35,236 nucleotides of DNA from a virus (lineage: Duplodnaviria > Caudoviricetes): positions 1-35,236 of the IMG/VR virus record IMGVR_UViG_3300017777_001634; one strand, 5' to 3'. The translations under genes and the position numbers were made by a program. The notes beneath the pieces are model-generated. The model was not told the DNA's origin, ran no database searches, and worked only from the letters and a program-made list of their open reading frames with translations. Below, in pieces: positions 19,001-27,421 of the stretch. Numbering within the stretch: position 1 is the first letter of the stretch; every line of letters begins with the position of its first letter.

Positions 19001-19825
19001 TTAGAATACGGTATTGGTGTCGTTAGCAATCAACATAATGTGCATTTCTCCAGTCATCAAAGCGACGCTGCCCGTCGACGCAGCACACTTCATTTCGATG
19101 TCGGTCTTTTCGAGGACCACAAGAGGAGTGTCAAAGTGACGATCGAAAGCATTGCCAGAGTTCATACGAGCAGACGCTTCGATTACTGGGATAGACCCAG
19201 TATACGCAATAAAGAACCCAGAACACGCAACAGGTGTCGCGCTTGCATATGCTGAAGTAAACGCGTAGCTGCTAACAAATGCCGTGTAACCAGCAGGAAC
19301 CGTAAAAATTGCCGTTGTTGAATTGTTATAACCAATAGTAATCTGGCCGTAGACATTAGCGGGAGTACCCGTGGTAACCGTGCCAGTACCAATAAAAATA
19401 GTACCAACTGCCGTGTTGCCGCTACCAGCAGTCAATACTTCCATACCGTTAATGCGAAGGTAGCTGTTAACGGTGCTTACTGCTGTTTGACCATTCAACG
19501 TAACTGTCTCAGAGATCACGCTGTAGCTAGCGTCCAAGCCCCTGATTGATACCGTTCTTGCCCCAGTGCTAGCAGTAGGGGTTCCTTTATCAGTTGCGGA
19601 AGTGCTAGAAACGGTCATCACGGATGCCGACGCAGGGAAGGCGTACGTTGTGGCATTATTCCAAATTGTTCCAGGAGTAGCAGGAACGCTGTTATTAATA
19701 CCAAATTGAAAAACGTCGCTGTGGTTAGTGATCTGGTCACGAGCGACTTGAAGATCAAACTGCTCGTTCTTGCCGAGCTGAGTCATTGACGGCCAATTTA
19801 CGCCAGTCCCATATATCGTTGCCAT
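19001..19825 (-). CDS. Virion structural protein (274 aa, beta-rich)
   Basis: GARTVSIRGLDASY..ISETVTLNG, FTVPAGYTAF and EKTDIE motifs; AAGG RBS; in the structural operon. Confidence 0.6.
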   Translation of the reverse strand: MATIYGTGVNWPSMTQLGKNEQFDLQVARDQITNHSDVFQFGINNSVPATPGTIWNNATTYAFPASASVMTVSSTSATDKGTPTASTGARTVSIRGLDASYSVISETVTLNGQTAVSTVNSYLRINGMEVLTAGSGNTAVGTIFIGTGTVTTGTPANVYGQITIGYNNSTTAIFTVPAGYTAFVSSYAFTSAYASATPVACSGFFIAYTGSIPVIEASARMNSGNAFDRHFDTPLVVLEKTDIEMKCAASTGSVALMTGEMHIMLIANDTNTVF

Positions 19826-19826
19826 T

Positions 19827-19985
19827 TTATCTGCCCTTTTTCGCTACAGCGGTGTTATCAACAAGGTTTGGGTATGGCCTACCAGCGGCACGTGCACGAG
19901 CTTTCGCAGATTGTATTTGCTTTTTTACCAAATGCTTTGATTCGTGGTCTTTAGGTAATTTTTTATCCCAGAATGGCTTTTCCAT
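19827..19985 (-). CDS. Small basic protein (52 aa), not in the ORF track
   Basis: TAATG-coupled; MEKPFWDKKLPKDHESKHLVKKQIQSAKARARAAGRPYPNLVDNTAVAKKGR; stop 1 nt before the next ATG. Confidence 0.75.
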   Translation of the reverse strand: MEKPFWDKKLPKDHESKHLVKKQIQSAKARARAAGRPYPNLVDNTAVAKKGR

Positions 19986-20230
19986 TAATGGCAACCCCAT
20001 TTTCTGAGAGATTTATTGATCCTGCTATCAGGATCAGCGGCAGCTGCCGAACCAGTAAGCTTGCGTTTTTGCCCAGTCATACGTTCGCAGAACGATTTAT
20101 GGCGGGGGTTATCAACGTCTTTGGTTGGAGCTTTTAAATTATGACCTTCAGCACGAGCGGACTGTCGGCCTCGCTCGTTAAGACCACCCGAAGGACTCTT
20201 ACCCTCTTTACGCGTCCAAGCTGCAGTCAT
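19985..20230 (-). CDS. Small basic conserved phage protein (DUF6321-like, recalled from memory)
   Basis: AWTRKEGKSPSGGLN...RHKSFCERM...DPDSRINKSLRKWGC; GAGG RBS. Confidence 0.65.
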   Translation of the reverse strand: MTAAWTRKEGKSPSGGLNERGRQSARAEGHNLKAPTKDVDNPRHKSFCERMTGQKRKLTGSAAAADPDSRINKSLRKWGCH

Positions 20231-20244
20231 GACACCCTCATGTG

Positions 20245-20272
20245 AAAAAACGGGGAGGTATTACCCTCCCCG
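20245..20272 (-). terminator. Rho-independent terminator after the capsid gene cluster
   Basis: Minus strand CGGGGAGG-GTAATA-CCTCCCCG-TTTTTT, 13 nt after the stop of the 119-aa gene. Confidence 0.85.
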
Positions 20273-20285
20273 ATTGCTAAACCGA

Positions 20286-20645
20286 TCAGCAGTTGGCGTC
20301 AGATTCCATATCAAACTTGCGACCAGTAGGTTGAGTACCCTTGCTAGCCGAAGAGAGAGGATTATTTTCTGCACCAGTACGACCGCCCGACTTGCGAGGC
20401 TTACGACCAGCGTGTTGATGAGCACTGTCACCATTAATTTTACCCACGTGCTTCATGTGAGCTATTTTAGCCGCGCCACCCAGCTTGCGCTGTTTAGCCG
20501 CTTTAGCAACATTAGAATTAGCACCAGCATAGACATCGCTAGGTGCTTCGTCTTTTGCAAAATTCCCACGAGACGGAGATTCAGCTTTACCACCTTTTGC
20601 GTGTGCGGCGTGGGGGTGGTGGTGGTTTTCCTTATGACCTTTCAT
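20286..20645 (-). CDS. Small His/Lys-rich basic protein with three xxxGG motifs
   Basis: HAKGG, RKLGG and RKSGG; shares AHQHAG(R/K)KPRxxGG with the 445-aa protein. Confidence 0.7.
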   Translation of the reverse strand: MKGHKENHHHPHAAHAKGGKAESPSRGNFAKDEAPSDVYAGANSNVAKAAKQRKLGGAAKIAHMKHVGKINGDSAHQHAGRKPRKSGGRTGAENNPLSSASKGTQPTGRKFDMESDANC

Positions 20646-20656
20646 GGTCTACATCC

Positions 20657-21808
20657 TTACGCTTGAGTTACGCCGAACAAGCCAGCAATGCTGCCAATGT
20701 TCGAGACAAGTGGGGTTTGACGAACCATCAACCGTTTAGCGGCATCAGAAGCGGACTGCAGTGCGTAGGTTCCGCGAACGTCACCTGTAGTTGCAGTAGC
20801 TGGGCTGGTGGTAACAGCTGCGACATAACCCGTGCTGGCCGTGATTCCAGCGGCATTGTAGTTGATCACTACGTCGCCAAAGTATTCAGAGCGAAAAGGG
20901 AAGCCGTAGATGTCAGTCGTGCCAACAGAGTAGTTCTGAGCATTAGTAAATGCAGGAATAACCGATGCAATATACTTAAATGCTTTTTTACCGTTGACGG
21001 TGGTTGCCGAAGCAGGAGCAGCAATAGTTTCGGTCATTGGTACGCCGTAGATGTCGTAACCAGAAATCGTAATATTACCACCTGATGCCGAAGCAGAACC
21101 AGTAACTGCAACAGCACGACCGATCAAGCACTGTGGGTTCCAGAAAGAAACACCAGTTGAACCTGTTTGACCAGCAATGCCGAAAGGCTGAAGCAACGCG
21201 GCAGTACCAGTCATAAGACCTGTGATCGTCGTCGAAGAAACCGTTGTCGACCCAGCAACAGTGTAAGTGCCAGCACCGCCAGACGGACCCGTCAATTGGC
21301 TAGTGATTGTGGTCCCAGTCGTCACACCAGTGCCAGAAAGTGTCATACCAACCGTAATCGTACCAGTGACGGACGATGCAGTCAGTATGCTACTTGCCAC
21401 AACACCCGTAAAGGATGCGAGGCCATCCAGCATAAGCAGGCCAGTTGCAGGAACACCAGTATTAAAATTGGTGCAATTTTGGCCGACAGACACACCCGTT
21501 GACGTGGAATTGGAAGAAACCAGCGTCATGGCCGTGCCACTTACCACGTTGGCAGCAGCGGCAATAGCCGAAGTGCTCAAAGCGAAAGGTGCGTAGTTTA
21601 GAGTAAGAATGTCACCAGAACCTAGAAACCCACAAGTAAGAGACGTTGAAGATTGACCAGGAACATAAGTAAAGCCGATGCGGGGATCAAGAATCCCCGT
21701 ACCTGCATAGAACATGGACGGGCCAAGATCAGGATTGTATTCAAGAGCAAACGCCGATGGCGTCTGCCCGAAGACAATGGCTGGACCAGAGAAAGCTGTA
21801 ATGGACAT
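20657..21808 (-). CDS. Capsid-associated/decoration protein (383 aa)
   Basis: Directly after the major capsid gene with an AAGGAG RBS; ITISGYDIYGVPMTETI...GKKAFKYI motif; inserted Thr-rich domain. Confidence 0.6.
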   Translation of the reverse strand: MSITAFSGPAIVFGQTPSAFALEYNPDLGPSMFYAGTGILDPRIGFTYVPGQSSTSLTCGFLGSGDILTLNYAPFALSTSAIAAAANVVSGTAMTLVSSNSTSTGVSVGQNCTNFNTGVPATGLLMLDGLASFTGVVASSILTASSVTGTITVGMTLSGTGVTTGTTITSQLTGPSGGAGTYTVAGSTTVSSTTITGLMTGTAALLQPFGIAGQTGSTGVSFWNPQCLIGRAVAVTGSASASGGNITISGYDIYGVPMTETIAAPASATTVNGKKAFKYIASVIPAFTNAQNYSVGTTDIYGFPFRSEYFGDVVINYNAAGITASTGYVAAVTTSPATATTGDVRGTYALQSASDAAKRLMVRQTPLVSNIGSIAGLFGVTQA

Positions 21809-21825
21809 GGTACTTTCTCCTTGGC

Positions 21826-22740
21826 TTACGAGGTTGGGAATGAACCGTAAATTGAACGCCAGTTAAAATAACCGAACGAATAACGCTCATAACCCTTGAC
21901 CAGCAAGTTGTCGGTGACGAAATCTACCTGCATGTCAGTTTCGAACTTCACGCGCTCCATGTAAGCCAGACCTGCAATGTTGGTGAGCAGGAACCAAGCG
22001 TAGCTAGAAGTCAAGAAGTCGTTGGTCATGTAACCTTCTGGCAAGCCGCCAGCAGTGGTCATGATAGCGTTAACATCGTTATCTGCAGTTCCTGGGCGCA
22101 ATTCGGTCTTGGTAAGGCGAATAGCAACTGGCTCCAAAGCAGGAGGAACGATCAATTTACGGCCACGTGCGAAAATCTTCAGACCAGCCTGATCTTTGAA
22201 GTTCGTACGGATTGCGATCATCGCATTCAGCAACGTAGCTTCGTTTAGATCGACCTGAGTCGTTGGGGTGTTCGCAACGGTACCGCCATCGATAGGATGT
22301 GCAGTGGAGCAGAGAGCCACACCGTCACCGCCGATCGACGCGTTGTACGTCGTAGCTGTGTTGAGGATGTTCGCACCATAGATCTCCTTGGTCTGATGGA
22401 AGGACTCCGTAAGACCGAGATTGGATGGGGTGAACTGAGTCTTGTAGACGTTATCGTCGATTGCCTTACGAGTGATCGCGTAACCCAGAGCCAATTCAGC
22501 ATGCTCTTGGTTGTAGACGTAGCGTTCACCTGCGCCGTTGTCGAACGACGTCTGAGCACCTTCAGTCTTAAGCTGAGCCAGACCGAGGTAGCGCATTTCG
22601 GCAGTACGTTCCAAAGCAAGCTTTGAATCGTATTTCGCGAAGATTTTGTCATACTGACTAGGAATCATCTCGTACTTGCCTTCGACTCCGCGAAGACCAG
22701 GAAGGAGAAGATCCTTGATTGCTGAAAGATTGACAGCCAT
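21826..22740 (-). CDS. Major capsid protein (Mu gpT-like, HK97 fold)
   Basis: LLLPGL start, ELALGYAITRKAIDDN, GGDGVALCSTAHP, KLIVPPAL, AWFLLT and ERYSFGYFNWRSIYGS motifs; AAGGAG RBS. Confidence 0.88.
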   Translation of the reverse strand: MAVNLSAIKDLLLPGLRGVEGKYEMIPSQYDKIFAKYDSKLALERTAEMRYLGLAQLKTEGAQTSFDNGAGERYVYNQEHAELALGYAITRKAIDDNVYKTQFTPSNLGLTESFHQTKEIYGANILNTATTYNASIGGDGVALCSTAHPIDGGTVANTPTTQVDLNEATLLNAMIAIRTNFKDQAGLKIFARGRKLIVPPALEPVAIRLTKTELRPGTADNDVNAIMTTAGGLPEGYMTNDFLTSSYAWFLLTNIAGLAYMERVKFETDMQVDFVTDNLLVKGYERYSFGYFNWRSIYGSFPTS

Positions 22741-22756
22741 TGTACCTTACTCCTTA

Positions 22757-23731
22757 TTAGATACCTGCAAGACCACGTTGCATCGAGTTATTAAACCCAA
22801 CGACGATCTTGTTGTACGCGGTTGTACTGTCGAAACCATTGCCACCAGCCAGAGGGCTTATACTACCGACTTCGTAGTTGGCAAAACCGACAATGCGGAA
22901 TGGAAGGAAGTTGTTAGATGCAGAACCAGCACTTGAATTGGCGATCAGTGAATACTGGTCGGCAAAGAAAGAAGAGAGACCGTTGGCGGTGTTGCCATTG
23001 GTTTCGCCAGCACTAGCAGAGTCATTAAAGTTAAACGAAATGTTCTGACCAATAGACGCCAAGCCAACTGCAGATGCAGTGGTGTTGGAGTTACCAGTCT
23101 GAACGATGAACCGAGCGTTTGGATCAGTGATGATGTACGCGGTAACGTCGCCGTTGGCGTCGGAACCAGGCCAATAATTCGACCATGTAGTGCGCTTTTG
23201 AGAAGTTGACAGGTACTTACAACCAGCGAAGACACCAGCAACTGGGACGTAGCAGGTAACTGTACCCGATGCGTTCGAGGTAATACTTGGAGTCTGCAGA
23301 CCGTAAGCAGCAACAACCGCAGTGGTCGTGGTTGAAGATGTAACTTGGTAGGTACCGTTAAGGTTAACACCCGATGCAGTGGTAGAGCCAGTGATCGTGA
23401 TGGTAGAACCAATAGGTGGCGCAAAAGCGTTAGGCGAAGAGGGCAAGTTACCGCTGGTCGAAGTAGTAGCAGCAGTAAACGTAACCGTTAGAGTGCCAGC
23501 GGCACTGGTAGCAATGCCAGTTGCACCAACCGTCAAAGCGACGGGTCCATACGCTTGGTTAATGTAGCCAGTGCCAACACCAGTGGTGCTAGCGGACTGA
23601 ACCACAGGATCTCCGAAAAAGATCGGTGTAGCGTTAGCAGAAGCAACAGCAGCGACGACCTGCTCATATGTAGGAGCAGAACCAGTCCCCTGATATTGCT
23701 GAAAACCGTTGGGCGCGAAAACGTTCGCCAT
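22757..23731 (-). CDS. Capsid cement/decoration protein with an inserted beta-rich domain
   Basis: MANVFAPNGF...IFFGDPV...GVFAGCKY...AYIITDPNARFIVQ pattern; immediately upstream of the capsid gene. Confidence 0.62.
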   Translation of the reverse strand: MANVFAPNGFQQYQGTGSAPTYEQVVAAVASANATPIFFGDPVVQSASTTGVGTGYINQAYGPVALTVGATGIATSAAGTLTVTFTAATTSTSGNLPSSPNAFAPPIGSTITITGSTTASGVNLNGTYQVTSSTTTTAVVAAYGLQTPSITSNASGTVTCYVPVAGVFAGCKYLSTSQKRTTWSNYWPGSDANGDVTAYIITDPNARFIVQTGNSNTTASAVGLASIGQNISFNFNDSASAGETNGNTANGLSSFFADQYSLIANSSAGSASNNFLPFRIVGFANYEVGSISPLAGGNGFDSTTAYNKIVVGFNNSMQRGLAGI

Positions 23732-23736
23732 GGCGG

Positions 23737-23844
23737 GATTCTCCTTTTGATGGGGGTGACCCCATACTCGCGTCGTGCAAGTGGGGGACCGATTAAATTT
23801 TAGCCTCTCGCGTCGTGGAGAGGATCTTTCCTAATGCGGCCCCC
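23737..23844 (-). promoter_or_regulatory. Structured 5' leader with two hairpins sharing CACGACGCGAG
   Basis: CTCGCGTCGTG (+ strand) at 23767-23777 and 23807-23817, each at the tip of a stem, with further stems around them upstream of the AAGGAG RBS. Confidence 0.6.
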
Positions 23845-23851
23845 GAACCTA

Positions 23852-24379
23852 TCAGTTACTGGGGATCGCCATTGGCTCGTATCCCTTTTTGATGGTGGGA
23901 CGAGCATTAGGGTGGTCGCGGGTCATTGTACCCTCTGGCGCGCTTGCAAGCTGTTGTTCTTTAGAACGAACCTGCGCACGAGCTTTACGAAGTTCAACAC
24001 CTCTTGCCTCATCTGTCAATTCCCTAGGACGCTCCATCAAAATGAGACCATCACGCTCGATAGTCTCATACTTTCCAATAGGCATCATTTCGGGGTGACG
24101 GGTAGCTGGTACTGCCTCCCAACCCTTGCGGGACAATTCGACTTCATATGCGGGATCAGTTTGGCCATATACAGTCTTACGTTTCCACTCGTAGGACCAT
24201 CCTTCGGGTATAGTGTTAGGGTCGATCCGAAATCGATCGGTGCCGTCCTCCATACCGTTATCGCCGAGATTTTGACGAACCTGTTCCGCACGAACACGAG
24301 CGCGTTCTAAAGGATCGTCGATCTTTTCTGGGCGCATTGAAGGGCGTTCTGGGCCGTCTTTCATCAGGTCTTTAGACAT
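23852..24379 (-). CDS. Conserved head-module hypothetical protein (175 aa)
   Basis: IPEGWSYEWKRKTVYGQ...GWEAVP..RHPE...IERDGLILMERP; lies between scaffold and capsid genes. Confidence 0.7.
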   Translation of the reverse strand: MSKDLMKDGPERPSMRPEKIDDPLERARVRAEQVRQNLGDNGMEDGTDRFRIDPNTIPEGWSYEWKRKTVYGQTDPAYEVELSRKGWEAVPATRHPEMMPIGKYETIERDGLILMERPRELTDEARGVELRKARAQVRSKEQQLASAPEGTMTRDHPNARPTIKKGYEPMAIPSN

Positions 24380-24392
24380 TTTGTATCCTCTC

Positions 24393-25286
24393 TTAATTCA
24401 ATTTACCAGCGCGTTGAAGGTCAAGCTTGTTCTTAGCATACTCTTGGTAGGTCATACCAAGTGCTTCAGCCGTTTCGCGCTCTGCTTCACTAAGACGAAC
24501 CACATTAGGACGGCTAGAACCAGTTGTAGAAGCCGACCGAGACACTGGAGCGGCCATTGGAGCCGTTTGACGACCACCAGAAGCAGCTTGAGTATCTTCC
24601 GAACGCCCACGGGGTACGTAAGAGTCGTTACCTTCAACGCCAAGGGTATTCTCGATGAAGCTAAAATACTCTGGAGTATCTTCAACAATGCCGCGACCCT
24701 TTGCGAGGGTGTGCGCACCAATCATCATCTGGTTCATATTAGGGTTGGTAACGTATTCAGGATGCGCCCGAATCCACTTGGCAGACTCGTAAGACAACCG
24801 AGAAGCAAACGCTTCAACTGGATCGCCGTTGTGATAGGACGGAACCTCTTGACGAGGCATTTTTTCCATCTCAGACTTGCCTTCTTCAAGCCGTAACAGC
24901 TTAGAAGTATTCTGAGACATTTGCTCTTGTATTTCTGCGGCCTCGCCATAATCACCAGAAGCCAACGCATGCCTATAGTTAGCCTTAAGAATAGACACGT
25001 CGCGCTTCACAGTGTCGATCGCGTTATTTAGAAGATGCATGTTGGTGTCGGTAACTTCATTCTTAGCCGACATAGCAACCGTTTCGGCGTCTCTAGCGCG
25101 TCTTTCGGCCTCTTGACGCGCCCTCTCGACACTTTCAAGACGATCTTTAAGCTCCGAAAGGGCCTGATCTACATCAACTTGGGCCTTTTTGGGCTTTTTA
25201 TCTTTACCTACCTCGATTTCAAGTACCGAATCGTTAACTACCTCTGTAAAGTCCTCTTTAGGAAGTTCTACTTCAATGTCATTCAT
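24393..25286 (-). CDS. Capsid scaffolding protein
   Basis: Acidic N-terminus, long coiled coil, C-terminal VRLSEAERETAEALGMTYQEYAK helix-turn-helix-like tail; position upstream of the capsid genes. Confidence 0.75.
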   Translation of the reverse strand: MNDIEVELPKEDFTEVVNDSVLEIEVGKDKKPKKAQVDVDQALSELKDRLESVERARQEAERRARDAETVAMSAKNEVTDTNMHLLNNAIDTVKRDVSILKANYRHALASGDYGEAAEIQEQMSQNTSKLLRLEEGKSEMEKMPRQEVPSYHNGDPVEAFASRLSYESAKWIRAHPEYVTNPNMNQMMIGAHTLAKGRGIVEDTPEYFSFIENTLGVEGNDSYVPRGRSEDTQAASGGRQTAPMAAPVSRSASTTGSSRPNVVRLSEAERETAEALGMTYQEYAKNKLDLQRAGKLN

Positions 25287-25315
25287 TTTAGTCCCCTATC
25301 AAGTATTGACGTTGT

Positions 25316-25327
25316 ATTTTACCACAC
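25316..25327 (-). promoter_or_regulatory. Candidate extended -10 promoter for scaffold/capsid genes
   Basis: Minus strand GTGTG-G-TAAAAT about 30 nt upstream of ATG 25286. Confidence 0.35.
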
Positions 25328-25714
25328 AAGGTCAGGATGTGGAATTATGCCTCTAACGTTAACGTCGTCAACAATTCGACAATAAGCGTCGTTAATCTTC
25401 AACTGCCACCCGTCGGACGGGCGGAATACCACCCACTGCAAGGGGTCAACGTCTTCACCGTTAAACCACTTCTTTTCGGGGTCGTAAAACGCCGAAGGAC
25501 CTTTCTTAAGCACCAGACCGACTTTTCCCTGCCACTTGTCCTCGTCGCGAGTAGCTCCTGGAATCATAATTCCACCGCTAGTGCGTTCTGGACGAATGTA
25601 AATACCTACAAGCACCTGATTGCTAAACAGCTTAAAGTCGCTAATATCGCCAACACTTTCCACAAGATCGATCCGTGGATCTTTCTCGTGCTTCATACGC
25701 AGTAAAGATGACAT
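25319..25714 (-). CDS. groES: GroES/Cpn10-like co-chaperonin
   Basis: NQVLV...ERTSGGIMIP mobile-loop motif, GLVLKKGPSAF, WVVF and RIVDDVNVRGII. Confidence 0.85.
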   Translation of the reverse strand: MSSLLRMKHEKDPRIDLVESVGDISDFKLFSNQVLVGIYIRPERTSGGIMIPGATRDEDKWQGKVGLVLKKGPSAFYDPEKKWFNGEDVDPLQWVVFRPSDGWQLKINDAYCRIVDDVNVRGIIPHPDLVW

Positions 25715-25727
25715 GTTATTTCCCCTG

Positions 25728-25931
25728 TTAGATGTCTTCTTGCACGGTTTTACGTGCCTCTACCAATAGCTCATCAATGAGAGCTAACCCAGCGGCCATC
25801 CCCGCTAGATACTTGTACTGTGCAAAATCGGCGAGACCGCCGTACACCATGTTGTGCTTGATTTGGTCGATATTAGCCTGAATATACTTACGTAACTCAG
25901 CCTGAATTCTGTCGTTAAACGTCTGACTCAT
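25728..25931 (-). CDS. Small helical hypothetical protein (67 aa)
   Basis: GLADFAQYKYLAGMAAGL pattern; GAGGG RBS; upstream of groES. Confidence 0.7.
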   Translation of the reverse strand: MSQTFNDRIQAELRKYIQANIDQIKHNMVYGGLADFAQYKYLAGMAAGLALIDELLVEARKTVQEDI

Positions 25932-25950
25932 AAGATTGCCCTCTACAACC

Positions 25951-26002
25951 CCCTCTGGTGTGAAGGCATTGGGGTAGCCAGCCAGAGGGAACTGACTACC
26001 CC
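25951..26002 (-). ncRNA. Predicted H-type RNA pseudoknot in the leader of the 67-aa/groES genes
   Basis: mRNA: GGGGUAGUCAG-UU-CCCUCUGG-CUGGCUACCCC-AAUGCCUUCACA-CCAGAGGG (S1 11 bp with one G-U pair, S2 8 bp). Confidence 0.6.
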
Positions 26003-26020
26003 CGCCTCTGCAAGGTCGCG

Positions 26021-27358
26021 TTAGCGTCCGAGAGAACGTTTTGGAGGAGTGGCACCGTACGAGTCTATTTTCTCGATACGGGCGTTACCACCACCAGAAC
26101 CTGTGGTAATAGGATACGAAGTCCTACCACCGTGTTTACGCCCCATTGGAAGGGGAGGAGGACCACCTGCGCCACCACCCATTGCACCCATCGGTACTGG
26201 GAAAGGCATTGGCATACCACCCATTGGCATACCACCCATCGGAGGACCGCCTGCGCCACCCATTGGGGGAGGAACAGGAATTGAACGAGGGGGCATTGTT
26301 GGGGGAGGCATGGCACCCGCGCCACCACTAGGAGCGATGTTAATGTGGATGTTAGTCTTTCCACCCTTACCCGCCTTACCGCCCGTAGCCCGTGCAATGC
26401 GGTCTCCCTTGGCTTCTGCCGCGCCGCCTTTGGCGTGGTTAGATCGTTTCATAGCATCAGACTTAATCATCTGCTTGATTAACTTACGATCTTCAGTGAT
26501 GTCTGGATGAGCCGCACCACCGCTCTTCATACCGTCTAGATCAGACGAACCACCATGTTTAAAACCTATCGCCTTAGACAAACGCGACGACACACCGCCC
26601 CTTGATGGAATAAGACCTGAAGGAACACCAGCGCGGTTAGAAGACTCCATCTGCTTCAACATGGCGGCGCGAGGATCACCAGTCATACCGCCATGTTCTT
26701 TTTTGGTGCGACCACCACGATTCTTGTCGTCTTTGTCACGCATAGAATTTAATGCCATTGGGATCAAGCCGCCCATAGGGCCGCCAAGTATACCACCAAT
26801 CTTCTTCTTTGTACGGCCACCAGCCTTTAGATTAGAGTAACCTGTCTCTTTAGCGGTGTTTTCGTACTTACGAACGGCTTTACGCAATGAATCGTCGTTG
26901 TGCTGGCTGTCGGACCTGTAATTCATGCCCTGATCAACGCTATCGCGACGATCTTTTTCATACTCGGTGCGCTCCGAACGCATACCACCGTTGGCCTTAT
27001 GAATGCGACCGCCCTTTTTCAACGCACCGACGGGGTGACGATTAGCACCTTCGCGGGACTTATTAGCTTCTTTAACACTACGATTAACCAGTGTGTCGGC
27101 AGAAAGGGCTTTACCACCATGTTGGCGCGGCTTCTTACCAGCATGCTGGTGCGCTTTGGTGCCTTCCGAGTGCGCCACTTTTCCACCGCGCTTAAATGCG
27201 CGCTTAGAAATAGGCCGCAAACCAGTCTTAACTTCGGGGTTCATAAAATCGGGCGGGGTAAAAGTAGACGAATCTACTTTCTCGCGAGGATCGCCACCAC
27301 TAAGCCTTTTAGCCTTCTCCATCGCGGCTTTCCGCGACGATTTACGAATCATGTCCAT
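26021..27358 (-). CDS. Basic low-complexity protein (445 aa) with 13 xxxGG motifs and a Pro/Met/Gly-rich tail
   Basis: Start moved to ATG 27358 (AAGGA RBS). Motifs FKRGG, RQHGG, LKKGG, KANGG, LKAGG, KKIGG, KNRGG, KEHGG, FKHGG, MKSGG, HAKGG, RATGG, RKHGG. Confidence 0.75.
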   Translation of the reverse strand: MDMIRKSSRKAAMEKAKRLSGGDPREKVDSSTFTPPDFMNPEVKTGLRPISKRAFKRGGKVAHSEGTKAHQHAGKKPRQHGGKALSADTLVNRSVKEANKSREGANRHPVGALKKGGRIHKANGGMRSERTEYEKDRRDSVDQGMNYRSDSQHNDDSLRKAVRKYENTAKETGYSNLKAGGRTKKKIGGILGGPMGGLIPMALNSMRDKDDKNRGGRTKKEHGGMTGDPRAAMLKQMESSNRAGVPSGLIPSRGGVSSRLSKAIGFKHGGSSDLDGMKSGGAAHPDITEDRKLIKQMIKSDAMKRSNHAKGGAAEAKGDRIARATGGKAGKGGKTNIHINIAPSGGAGAMPPPTMPPRSIPVPPPMGGAGGPPMGGMPMGGMPMPFPVPMGAMGGGAGGPPPLPMGRKHGGRTSYPITTGSGGGNARIEKIDSYGATPPKRSLGR

Positions 27359-27401
27359 GACAAAGGTTCCTTGTATGCTACTAGTTCCTAGGCGATGCAG
27401 T

Positions 27402-27418
27402 AGCGAACATCGTGCCAA
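27402..27418 (-). promoter_or_regulatory. Candidate sigma-54 (-24/-12) site
   Basis: Minus strand TTGGCACGATGTTCGCT (GG-N10-GC), intergenic, oriented toward ATG 27358. Confidence 0.4.
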
Positions 27419-27421
27419 AGC

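Noticed and set aside
25951-26002. Intrinsic terminator
   Set aside because: The GC-rich stem has no U-tract on either strand, and the loop has a perfect downstream complement, which favours a pseudoknot.
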